Below, piece by piece: positions 51,932-64,000 of a DNA stretch of 64,000 nucleotides (position 1 is the first letter of the stretch; every line of letters begins with the position of its first letter). The notes below the pieces were generated by a model. The model was not told the DNA's origin, searched no databases, and saw only the letters and a list, made by a program, of their open reading frames with translations. Source of the stretch: Neocallimastix sp. 'constans' (Eukaryota); assembly GCA_050613775.1 (NCBI GenBank), contig JBODTK010000106.1:124001-188000 (forward strand). Reading direction: 5' to 3'. Made by a program: the position numbers and the translations under genes.

Positions 51932-54900
51932 CTAATTTAATGTGAACCACTGATTACGACAATGAACAGCCATTTTTCTAACATATTTTTTATTATCATC
52001 CAAAGCACTATCTAATTCATTTAAAACAGTTTGCTTTATTGGAAGAAGAAGATAACTTTCATACATTGTAGAAATAAGATCAAGTAGTCTTAAGCTTAAA
52101 ACTCTTACTTTAATAGTATTGGATGGACTATTTCTTGCCTTAGTTAACTTTAATAAAAATTCAACAAGTGTAGTTAAATCGTTCTTTAATTCATTTGGTT
52201 CAATTTTAACAATAACGGATAAAATTTCAATAGAAGAACTCAAAACCTCAGCATTTGGAAGAGTTAAAGCATATAACATAATTGGTTTAATCTATATTTT
52301 TATAATAATAATAATAATAATAATAGGTTATTTATTATTTATTATTTATTATTTATTATTATGATTATTAGCATTATTGAATTTAATATTTTATATTTTT
52401 ATATATTAAAAAAAAAAAATAAAATAAAAAATAAAATAAAAAATAAAATAATAATAATAATAATAATAATAATAATTTTTACCTCATCCTTATTTGCAAT
52501 TTTTTTAATATCTGATAATTTTAATAATACACCTAAAGCAATAATAATTGAAAGATTTTTTCCTTGCTCAGAATTCTTATATGTAGTAATTAATTCTTTA
52601 AGAAGAGTGTTAATAAGTTTTTCTTCAAAGGTTTTCTATTGAAAATTAGTAATTAATAAGTATATATATATAACATTAATTTATAATATTAAGATATTAT
52701 AAATAAATTAATATACAATATAAATAAATTAATATACAATAATAATAAAAGATAATTAATAATAACATGAATTACATCAACTGTATATAATTTTTCTGTT
52801 TCAGTTGGATAAGAGGTTTTATCAAATATAGTTTTGATGCCGTTAACACAAGAAGAATCATGGTTTTGATTATGAATTAAACTAATTAATTTCATAGCAT
52901 AATTAGTAGCATCATTATTGGACTTAATATATAAAACTTTTGAAAGCTATTATTTTATATTATATATTATATATTTTGAAATTTTCAAAAGTAATTATAA
53001 ATATAATATTATATATTTATAATGTAATATATTTTGTATTTATTTATATTTATTTACCCATGAGAAAAGAATAATAGCACATTCCTTAAAGACCATATTT
53101 GAATTGATTATTGAATAGATATCTTTTTCAATCCAATTCTTAATTTTTTTTTGTATTTTCTTTTCTAAATATTAATTAATATAAATAATTATAAATTAAT
53201 TATTAGAAATCAGAACATGTAGGTTAAAAAAAAGGAAATAAAATAAAATAAAATAAAATAAAAAAGGTTCTATAATATGAAAATATAAATTGATATCTAT
53301 ATATACTTACCATTATTAAACCTTATACAATATAATGAAATAAACTTTGAGGCTAAATTTGCATAATAAGAATTTAAAGTGTTGATAATTCTATCAACTA
53401 ATTTATTTAAATACTTTTCATTTACTTTTTTAACAGTTGTATTTTTGAAAATCTAAATATTAATTTTATTTTAATTAAATTTATTATTAATAACGATGAT
53501 GATTATAAAAAATTAATAATATTCATAATAACAACTAATATTAAATATTTTAACATTTTAATATATAAATATAATATTGGATTTTGATATAATATTAAAA
53601 AATAGTATTACAGTATCATCAACTTCACAAGTAACAGAAATAAGAATATTTAATAAGCACGTTTGTGATTTTGGTGAATTTTCCTGTTAAAAAAAAATAA
53701 ATAAATAAATAAATAAATTTAATTAAATTTATTAATAATATTATTGACAAAAAAAAAAATAAAAAAAAAAATAAAAAATAAAAACAATTAAATTATAAAA
53801 TAAAATAAAATAAATAATTACATTAAATGGTTCAAATTTAATAGTATTATCCACTTCCATTAAATCTAAAGTTTTATTATCAATGAAAATACTTAAAATT
53901 TCTTCATTGAATTTTTTAATTTGACTTTTCATTACATATATATATTATTTATATATAATATATTATAGTTAGAGCAATTAAAGTAATTAAAGTAATTATA
54001 TAAATATAATAATAAATAAAATTTCAGTTATTATTATCTTTATGTTATTGATAAACTTACTTTTTAGCTAAAATTGAAATATATTTTTGGAAAATTGATG
54101 AAATTAATTCAACATTTGGAAGTTCTTCTCTTTGGTTAATTGAATTTTTAATAAGAATTCTTAAAATATTATTTTTGAATAGTGGGAAGCAACTAATAAT
54201 CAATGATTTATCATCTTCAATTTTAATTCCTCTTTCAATGATATTTTTAATAGATTCCAATAATTTTGTTAAATAATCCTTATTTTTCTTTTCTTTTTTT
54301 TTTTTTTTTTTTTTTTTTTTTGAAAAAAAAAAAAAATATATATATATATATACATATTATATTAATAAATTTAAATTATCAATAAAAAAATTATATACCA
54401 TGTTTATAGTTGAATTAATTAGAAATAAAAATTAACTTAAATTTTTATTATTTACCTTCTATTCCTTTATCATAAATATCAATTAATTTATTCATTGTAT
54501 CTTCATAAAATTTACATTCAACAGTAATATCTTCAGTAGACTGAAGAATCCATTCATAATTACTATCAATCATATCCTCTTTATTATGAATGAATTGATA
54601 TATTTATTAACAGCATTAACAATTGAAAATGTTTGATTAATTATTAAATTTTAAAAAATTTTAATATTAAAAAAATAAAATTTATTTATATTATTATTAT
54701 ATATATATTTGCAAACCTTTTAATTTGCTATAAAGTAATGGAAGAGTATCAGAAATAATTAAATTACTGTTTTTTGATGATATTCCAAGAAGATTTTTTA
54801 AACACAATTTTCTAATTTCTTCCCTTGGATCTTGTAATAATTTATTGTTATAATCACCAATAATTTTTTTTATCTTATTTTTTTTTTTTTTTTTTTTTTT

Positions 54901-57846
54901 AAATATTATATATATATAATTTTAAATTTTTAACCATTAAATTATATATCATTTAAAATATTTTTAATATTGCTTATGTTTTTTTAAATTTAAAACTTCT
55001 TTTATAAAATATATTATAATATAATTACTTGCTCATCTGATAAAAATCCTTTTAAATTAGCTAATTCATATAAACCACCAATACTAGTGATTTCCATACT
55101 TTTCTTAAAGTCATTATCATCATCACATTCCTTTAATTTATTAAACTCTCTATATAAAGTATCTTTATATTGATAGATTAAATGATCTTCACTAATGTTT
55201 TGTAAGTTGGCAATACTTAAAAGATTTTTAACATATTCCATTAAAAAGGATTGAACGCTTGGTGGGTTAGGTTGAACAATCTTTGTCATTAAATCTGGAA
55301 AAACTTGGTTAATTAATTTATTAAAAGCATATTCTATTCATGATATTTAATAATTATAATTATAAATGCAATTATAATAATTTTAATAACATAATATTAA
55401 ATAAATAATTAATTATATATATATAATTAAATATATTGTAGAGAATATCTAATAATAATTTGAATATACCATTTTCTTTTATAACAGCACAAATAATATT
55501 TCTACTAAATTTACCACGAGGATGACCAAAATCTTTAATATAAGAAATTGGTTTAGTTGTCATTTGATCTACATATTTATCTATCCACTCATTGCCACCT
55601 CTACTAAATATTTTAGTAAATCCAGTAATGGCTTTAATATAATCTTCTTCTAAAACTTCGCCAGCGTTATCAAATGCCTACAATTATTTATAAATATATA
55701 TATATATTTTATTGTTATCATCATTATTATTTAATTATTTATTATTAATTCATCATTATTACTACTCATTATATTTATATATATTACGTTGATATAAAAT
55801 AAAATATATAATATAATTAAAAAATAAAAAATATTAATAAAAAAAAAAAAAAAAAAAAATACTTCATCTCTTAAAATTTCTGTTAATTTATCAAGATTAC
55901 TTGAATAATCTTCGAAGTTGTAAACATCACCACCAGCTATAAGGACATCTAAGGCATCTCTCTATTTTTTTTTGATCAATTATATATATATAAGATTTAT
56001 ATAATAACATATAATAATATATAATAATATATATAATAAATATTAAAAAATAATTATATGTGAAATAATAGTAATAATAAAATAATAATTTATGCTGACC
56101 TTTGTATTATCTAATCTTGAGCTTAGTTTTTCTATTAATTGCGGAATTGCGAATTTTGATAATTCTGGTACACTTACTAAGCATTCTCTACATATAAATA
56201 AAAATATATAAATAGTTTAAACAATCATTAATATTAGCAAATAATAATAACTACATAAAATAATTATCTTTATTAATAAATTTGTTACTATTTTCACACC
56301 TTAAACCATTTTTTAAATCTTCAGTTGTTATTTTAATAACATTACCTGGTGGAGCTTTAAAAGTAATTGGGAAATAACAGAAAATAATTTCAAATATATC
56401 CTTATATTTTGAATTTATAAAAAACGAATTATTATTTTGAAAAATTAAAATAATTGAATATTGATTATATTATATATAAATTTAATTACTTCAACATATG
56501 GTTTATAATTTAATTCAGATACTATAATCTTTATTATTTTAAATATAATCATAATATTTCTTGGATCTTTTTCTCCTTCAACAGTCTGAACAAAACCTGG
56601 AACAAAAGTATCCTCAATAGTTTTTAATACTACATTTATTTTAATTTCATTTATAATTATAATTATTATTCAATTAAATTTTATATTAGTAATTATAAAT
56701 TTATTATAAAATAATATACATAAATTACCATCTAAATATTTATCAACTAAAGTTTCATAACATTTGAAAATAACATGTCTTACAGTTTGCTGATAGCCTT
56801 GAATTGTTAACTCTTCTATCATACTATATAAATATTAATTTAATTAAAAAATACATATATATATATATATTTTGAAAACGAAACTAATATTAGATATAAG
56901 ATTTTTAATATTTATATATATTGAAAAGGTTAAAACTACGTACGCTTTTGGAACTTCTTTAATAATTTCAATATTAGCATATAAATTATTTAAAATATAT
57001 AAAATTCCATCTAATAAATATTGTAAACTGTGTAAATCATTTAAACGTTCTAAACAAAATTTCAAAATTACACTAGCTGTTATTTTTATTTTATATATGT
57101 AAATATATAAAATAAAATTAGATTTCAAAATTAAATTTTAATTAGAAATTTCAATAGAAATTTCAATAATATTATATATATTGTAATTTGAATATAATAA
57201 AAGTTATTCATAAATATATATATATTCATTAATAATATTGTATAATAATAAATGTTTATAAAAATTTATAATTTTTTATATTTTAATATAATTTATTTTC
57301 AGAGTAATGTATTATAATTATTTATAAAATATCATATAAAGTAATTTATTGATATAAAATATTTATTATTTTAATTATTATATTTACCCATCTTTGGAGT
57401 AATTGTATCAATATTGCAACTACAAAAAACTCTTATAAGTAATTCAATACCTAATAAAAAAATTTTGAAATTTAATAATATATACATATAAATTTAAGAA
57501 AAAAAAATAATAACAGATTTCTAATTAGAATATTATGATTCTTTCTTAATAAATAATATAGAATAGAATATTTAAAATAATTATATTTAAAATAATAATA
57601 GAAAATATTATTATAATTTACTAAAAAAAAAAAAAAAAAAAAGATAATTATTCTATATAATATCTATTTATTACCTTTTGCTCTAACTTTTGGATCTGTA
57701 CTAACCAAAGTATCAGATAAATCCTCGACAATCATTAAAATTGATACATTTCTATTATTAACTTCCAAAATTAATTTATTTAAAGAATCAAAAGATTCTG
57801 GACTACTACTTTTATTTTCTATAAATGTTTGAATTTCTGGAATCAT
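51932..57846 (-). CDS. MMS19: MMS19/MET18, cytosolic Fe-S assembly (CIA) targeting-complex HEAT-repeat protein, ~20 exons
   Basis: N-terminus ...LVSTDPKVRAKG, GEKDPRNIMIIF, DIFEIIFCYFPITFKAPPG, FAIPQLIEKL; C-terminus LDDNKKYVRKMAVHCRNQWF. Canonical GT-AG junctions were found for all exons. Confidence 0.93.
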
Positions 57847-59018
57847 TATTGTTAGTATATTACTTTACTATAAGATTTAATATTTATAATTTATTACTAA
57901 TATTATCAATTACTACTGATAATATTTTTTTTTTTTATATCAGTAAGTTTTTTTTTTTTTTTTTTTTATTTTAATTTTATATATAAAAATTTCTTTTATC
58001 ATAGATATAAATGAATTTTTTTAATATATTATAAAATATATTGTATTATATATTATTAAATTAATATTACTAGATCACTTTAAATAAAAAATTTTTTTTT
58101 CTATTATTAATAATCGTTGAAAATGAGAGGAAAAAATTTTTTTAAATATTCTATATTAGTAATATGATTTTTTATTAATTATTATGAATTTATAGCCTAA
58201 CCTTTAAGAATGATATAACAGAATTAAAATTTTTTTCAATTCATTAAATTTGTTAAATAATTTTATTTAACCAAATTATTGCATTTCATAATATTAAACT
58301 CAAATATAAATTTATTAACAATATATGTTTAAATTAATATTTATGAAATTCTTTTAAATAATTAATATTTAAAATGTACCGTATAGAGTTTTATATGTCT
58401 TTTCTTTCACTACATCATTTAAAATAATATTAATTATGTTAAATTTTGAACAGAAAAAAAACACTAAATAATATATTTCTTTTTAAAAGTACTTTGCAAA
58501 AATTAGTTCTCTAAATACTTCTATAATAATTATTAATTATTTAAAGATGTAAATATTTATAGCATTATATTAATATCATGTATTAATATAAAATTATACA
58601 ATATTTTTTTTAAATTAAAATATATATGAAAAATTAAATTATTTTTTGCACTATATTATTTAAATTATAGGTTTGGTATACATATAAATAAAAAGTAATT
58701 CTATAAAAGTTTGATAGTAAATTTTATTCTTGACTATTATAATTTCTAATTTATTATAAAAAAATATATATATATCTCCAAAATATAATTGAATCATGTA
58801 TATATAATTATTTTTATTTTAAATAATTTTAAACTTTATAAAGTTATTTTATTGTTTACGAAACATTAATTGTTATATTAAATTGCTGTAAATAAATTTA
58901 TTCATAAATTTTTATTAAACATACTATACTTATGAAAAAAAAATTTTTTTAAACAAATAAGATAATAAGATATTAAATTCTAGAAAAAAGAAAAAGATAA
59001 AAATATTAATAATTAAAA

Positions 59019-60032
59019 ATGGCTCCTAGAATTACTGCACCAAAAGAAAGAACACCTATTAATTACAACTCAAGAGAAGTAATTAATGCTAAAACGTAAT
59101 TTTCACCATTTTAAAATTTTCATTTATATAATTACTATCAATTTCTATCCATACGAGTTCTTAAATATAAATATATTCATAAATACAGAGGCTCATTTTA
59201 TTATTAATATTCTATTAAATTATATATTTATTAGGTATTTAGATCAAAATCAAATACCAGAAATCATTACTCAATTAACCACAATGCTTTTTTATACACA
59301 ACCAAGTATATCTTTTAATTTTTAATATTGTTTTATATTTATTTTGTATTATTTCATTTCGTATTATTTAATATTTTATTTCTTTTATGTATTTGTTTAT
59401 ATAAAGGTAACCCAAAGAAGTTTCTCATCAACAAATTAACGCATATTAAAGACAAGGTTATTATAAATATGGATATAAATTAAATTTAAATGAAGAAAAG
59501 AAATATAGAGCATTATATTTTAAAAGTACATTTAAAAAAAAAAAAATTAATATATAAAAGAAAATTAATATATAATATCTATAATGTAATAATATATAAC
59601 TATAAGAAATTAGATGCCTATACATATTTTACAGAAGAAAATTTAAAAGCTTTATTTAAAATATTTGATGTAACTGATAAAGGATATATTAGCAATAAAC
59701 AATATTTATGTGGTATAGTAAAATCAAACATAATAATAATTACTCTTTCTTATATTTATTTATAAATAAAATTTTATATTTTAAAAATTTGATTTTTTTA
59801 TTATTTTTTTCTGCCGTTTTTCTTTATTATTAACAAGTATGTCTTATAACAAAAATTAATAAATATAAAATAAAAATAAAAAAAATAAAAAAAATAAAAA
59901 AAAAATAAGCAATGAAAGATATTGGTGTAAAAAATATTAATGAAACACCAGATGGAAGCCAATATGACGCAATATCGTGTGATACATTTGTAAAAGAAGG
60001 GTAATTAATATCTTTCATATATGTTTTAGAGC

Positions 60033-60063
<31 letters not shown>

Positions 60064-60169
60064 TATTATTAAAATGATACATTATAAATAACAATTATAT
60101 TATATATTTCCTTATTATATCAATGCTTGTAGAATGACCGGATTAAGTAAAAAATTTATGACTTCTTAA
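59019..60169 (+). CDS. EFCAB10: EFCAB10-like protein (RIIa/DPY30-type docking domain + EF-hand), 6 exons
   Basis: The spliced model reads ...NSREVINAKTYLDQNQIPEIITQLTTMLFYTQPSNPKKFLINKL...FTEENLKALFKIFDVTDKGYISNKQYLCAMKDIG...ISCDTFVKEG...*. Confidence 0.78.
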
Positions 60170-60482
60170 ACAAAATTTAAAATACCAAATACATATTGGA
60201 AAAAAATATATTGTATAAAAATAAAATGAAAATTATAAATATTACTTTGGAATTAAATATAAATTTATAAAATAATTAATGTTTAAAATTAAAATAATTA
60301 AAAATAATTAAATAACTATATTAAATTTTTATATTTTAATAAATAAAAAAAAATTAAAATTTTAAAGAGAAAAAATTTATAAAATTTATTATATTAATTC
60401 TTATAATAAATATATATATATATACATATAAAACCCATATTTTAAAACTTATTAATATAAATTAAAATAATATTAATTGTAA

Positions 60483-60569
<87 letters not shown>

Positions 60570-60623
60570 TAATAATAATAGAATTTATTATTAAAAATAT
60601 TTATATAATTTTTGGTTTATTAA

Positions 60624-60654
<31 letters not shown>

Positions 60655-61412
60655 CTTTTAATTTCATATTTTCACCTTTTATTAAGCTAATTATTGTTTA
60701 TGTAATTTATATATTTAAAAGGTTAAATAATATCTTATTTATTAGATTTTTATTATTAGAATTTAAGTAAAATGATATTATAAAAAATATTATTATTTTT
60801 TATAATATTATTATTATTATTTTAATTACTTTATTATATTTTACTTTTTTTAAATAAAAATAAAATAGTAATATAACTTTATTTTTTTTTTTTCTCGATA
60901 AAAACTTAATAAATATAATTATTATATAATTATATTAATAATAATATAATGTAAAATTAAGAAAAAAAAATAATATGGGTTTATATGGATGATTAATAAA
61001 TAAACCTTTATTATAGGTATTATATATATATAAAAATAATGAAATTTATATTAAATTAAACAGATAATTAATATACCAGCTAATAAATAATGATGCCGAA
61101 ATAAATAATTATATAAAGAAATTAATATTAGTATTAAAAATTTCTTAATATAAAAATTATATTAAATATTTATAATAGTTATAAATCAAACCTATTAATA
61201 AATCCATTCTTTTTAAAAGAGAAAAAAAAAATTATTCAATTAATCTATTATCTATTCATTATATCTTATATAATATTATTTTTCAATAACAATTCATGTT
61301 TATTTTATTAGTACAAATATTTTTATTTAATATAATAATTAAAAAATTCAATAAAATATAAAAAATTCAATAAAATATAAAATATAAAAAAAATTATAAA
61401 TATATATATAAA

Positions 61413-63161
61413 ATGGATTTGAATAGTTATAATGGAACAAATTATTTTATAATATCAAAGTTTAAAGATGAAGCTTTTGATCCAAATAAAACAGCAGAAT
61501 TTACTATTTTGGGTCTCTCAATACTTTATTTTGTTCCAAGTACAATATACTATATATTAAATCGAACTAATCCTATAATTAAATATAGACAACCAAGAAA
61601 TGTTATTATTGGTACCATTCTAAGTACAATAAATATGTGTCTCATTCCTGTATGTTTAAACATATAATCATAATAATAGTATGAATAATAATAATAATAA
61701 TATTTATAATAATAATAATAATATTCATAATAATAATAATAATTATAATAATAATAATTATAATTATAATAATAAACAAGAAAGAAAAAGGAATAATATT
61801 ATTAAATTTTATTTATTTATTTTCATATTAATTATTTTAGATAATTCGATATTATAAAATAAATTGTCTAGGTAGGAATATATAAAACTATACAACTATA
61901 TATATATTATTATTAAAAAAACAAAAATTAACAAAAATTCAAAAATTTTGAATAATTGTAGTTAATACTTGGATAAATAGTTCATTAATATTTAGTTTTG
62001 TTAATTTGTAAGTTTCGCAAATTACTTCATTATATTAATTATATCAAGTACTTTGTCTTATTTTATTTAATAACATATCAAAATATATATATATATTATA
62101 ATTATTAAAAAATTAACATATATATATATATAATTGTAGAACGTTTTCCAGATATATTAAAATTTTCTTTATGCATAGATTAAGTATATTTAAATTACAA
62201 TTTAGTGAAAAGAAAAAAGAAAAAATATATGAAAAAAGTGACCAAACTTTAAAAATAAATATGATAAAAACTAAGAGCAATTTAGGATCATTAAAAAGTA
62301 GTTCAATAGAGAAAGATAGTTTTAATTTTGATAGTTTTACACTTGATAGCTTTAATGTAGCTGATCCGGTTCTATATTTTAAAAGACTTAATTCCATAAT
62401 TAATAGGGTAAAAATGAAATATCTAATATAATAATACATAACTTTTATAAAATTATATATATTTTATTGATTAAAATAATTAAAAAAAAAATTATTTTAT
62501 TTTATTTATTATTTTATTATTAAATATATATACATATATTTTTTTTTCAAAAAATAATATTTATTAAAATCGATATAGAAAATTACTTTTTATCTAGTTA
62601 TAATACCTATTACATGCTTACTTGTATATTATTTATTTATTACAATTAAAGATTGGGATGTTATGATGGAACCATGTATTAATGAAATTAAAGATCTTAG
62701 CGTTCCAAAAATAGTACTTAATGGTATCATTTTCACTACTTCAATATACCTATTTCATCAAGCATATTATAAACAAAAATGGGATAAAGATATTAAAATA
62801 GAATATACTTGTTTTGTTATAATTAGTGTATTTTGTATGAAATATATATTTATAAAAAACAAGAAAAACAAAATCAAATTTATTAATATATATAAAAACG
62901 AAGAACTAAAGCAAATTATTTTATAAAATAAAAAAAATCTTTTCAATAGGTACAATAGTAATGCAATTTGCTATTCGTGGAAAATTTGGGGAAACTATTT
63001 TACTATATAGACTATATATTTTTCAATTAATCCCTATAACAATCCATAATATTTGTATTATGAAACCAATAATACAAATATTAATTAGCAAATTAAAGAA
63101 AAAAGATGAAACCTTAGTAATTTCATATATATTTATATAAATATATATAAATATTAATCTA

Positions 63162-63206
<45 letters not shown>

Positions 63207-63899
63207 TATATTTTATTTATATTAATATTATTACTATTAATATTATTATTATATGATGTAATAAAAAATAGTTATCAGAAGAAGAATTTTTAGATCGTCT
63301 ATCTGATAGTTCTTTTAAAGGGCAAGTTAGAGTAAGTATCTTATTTATATATATAGATATGTATACATTGTAAAATTAAGAAATAATAATTATAGTATTA
63401 ATTTTAATAATAATTTTTATAATATAAATATATATTTATACCTTAGGAAATTGCAGTTCAAACATTTTGTATTGAAAATTTACTATTTTTTGAAACTCAT
63501 CGTGAATTAATGAATTTTATTATAGCATACTATTCTAAAAGATCTACTTTGGCATCTCTGAATGGAAGTAAATATTTCTTAAAATGAAATATATATACAA
63601 TTTTTTTTTTTTAATTCATTATATATATTTGAACTTAACATTATAATAATTATTATTAATGAATATTTTATAATTATAAAGATAATAGTTTTGAAAATGC
63701 AGATGTGTTGCATAAAAGTGTTATAAATCCATGCTTGCATAATCCATTTAAATCCATTTTTAAACCTCAATTTGAACAGATCTATTCTTTATATATTAAA
63801 GAAGATGGTATTGCATCAATTAATATAAACTCTTCAACTCTTAAAGCTATAGAAGACCAAGTAGATAATAATAATTTTACATACTTAATGTTTAATCAA
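61413..63899 (+). CDS. Seven-transmembrane protein fused to a C-terminal RGS domain (7TM-RGS); 9 exons visible, 3' end beyond window
   Basis: Seven hydrophobic segments are spread over exons 1-6. They are followed by RGS motifs EEEFLDRLSDSSFKGQVREIAVQTFCIENLLFF and FEQIYSLYIKEDGIASININSSTLKAIED...MFNQ|GT. Confidence 0.87.
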
Positions 63900-64000
63900 G
63901 TAAAAATAAAATAAAAATAATTATATTGTATTTTTAATTTTCTAAATATATGAATAATATTAAACAGTAATTTAAATAATATGTATATATATATCATATT

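Overview
Extremely AT-rich, intron-rich eukaryotic genomic DNA. Base composition, microsatellite load, short GT-AG introns, fungal-type genes (GT71 mannosyltransferase, 7TM-RGS) and a likely flagellum-associated EFCAB10-like gene point to an anaerobic gut fungus (Neocallimastigomycota). This assignment is inference, not a database result. Ten protein-coding genes are supported: a partial 3' end at 1-147; a 598-aa coiled-coil orphan; a 1245-aa modular low-complexity protein; a 5-exon type-I membrane protein with a cysteine-less (SxxS) thioredoxin-like domain; a Cys-rich probable GPI protein; Lunapark; an alpha-mannosyltransferase (GT71); MMS19/MET18 (~20 exons); an EFCAB10-like protein; and a 7TM-RGS fusion receptor that runs off the window. 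Intergenic DNA holds a complete non-autonomous Mutator/foldback-like element (9-bp TSD, modular TIRs, internal ~355-bp satellite), at least five non-LTR retrotransposon fragments, a possible BED-finger (hAT) relic, a possible HNH/NUMOD4 relic between direct repeats, and many tandem repeats. Most short ORFs in the track are microsatellite or antisense artefacts. I see no unambiguous new multi-gene system. The best leads are the 7TM-RGS receptor, the redox-dead thioredoxin on a long stalk, the 1245-aa protein, the satellite-carrying MULE and the HNH-like relic. Exon models were built by eye, so boundaries may be off by a few bases.
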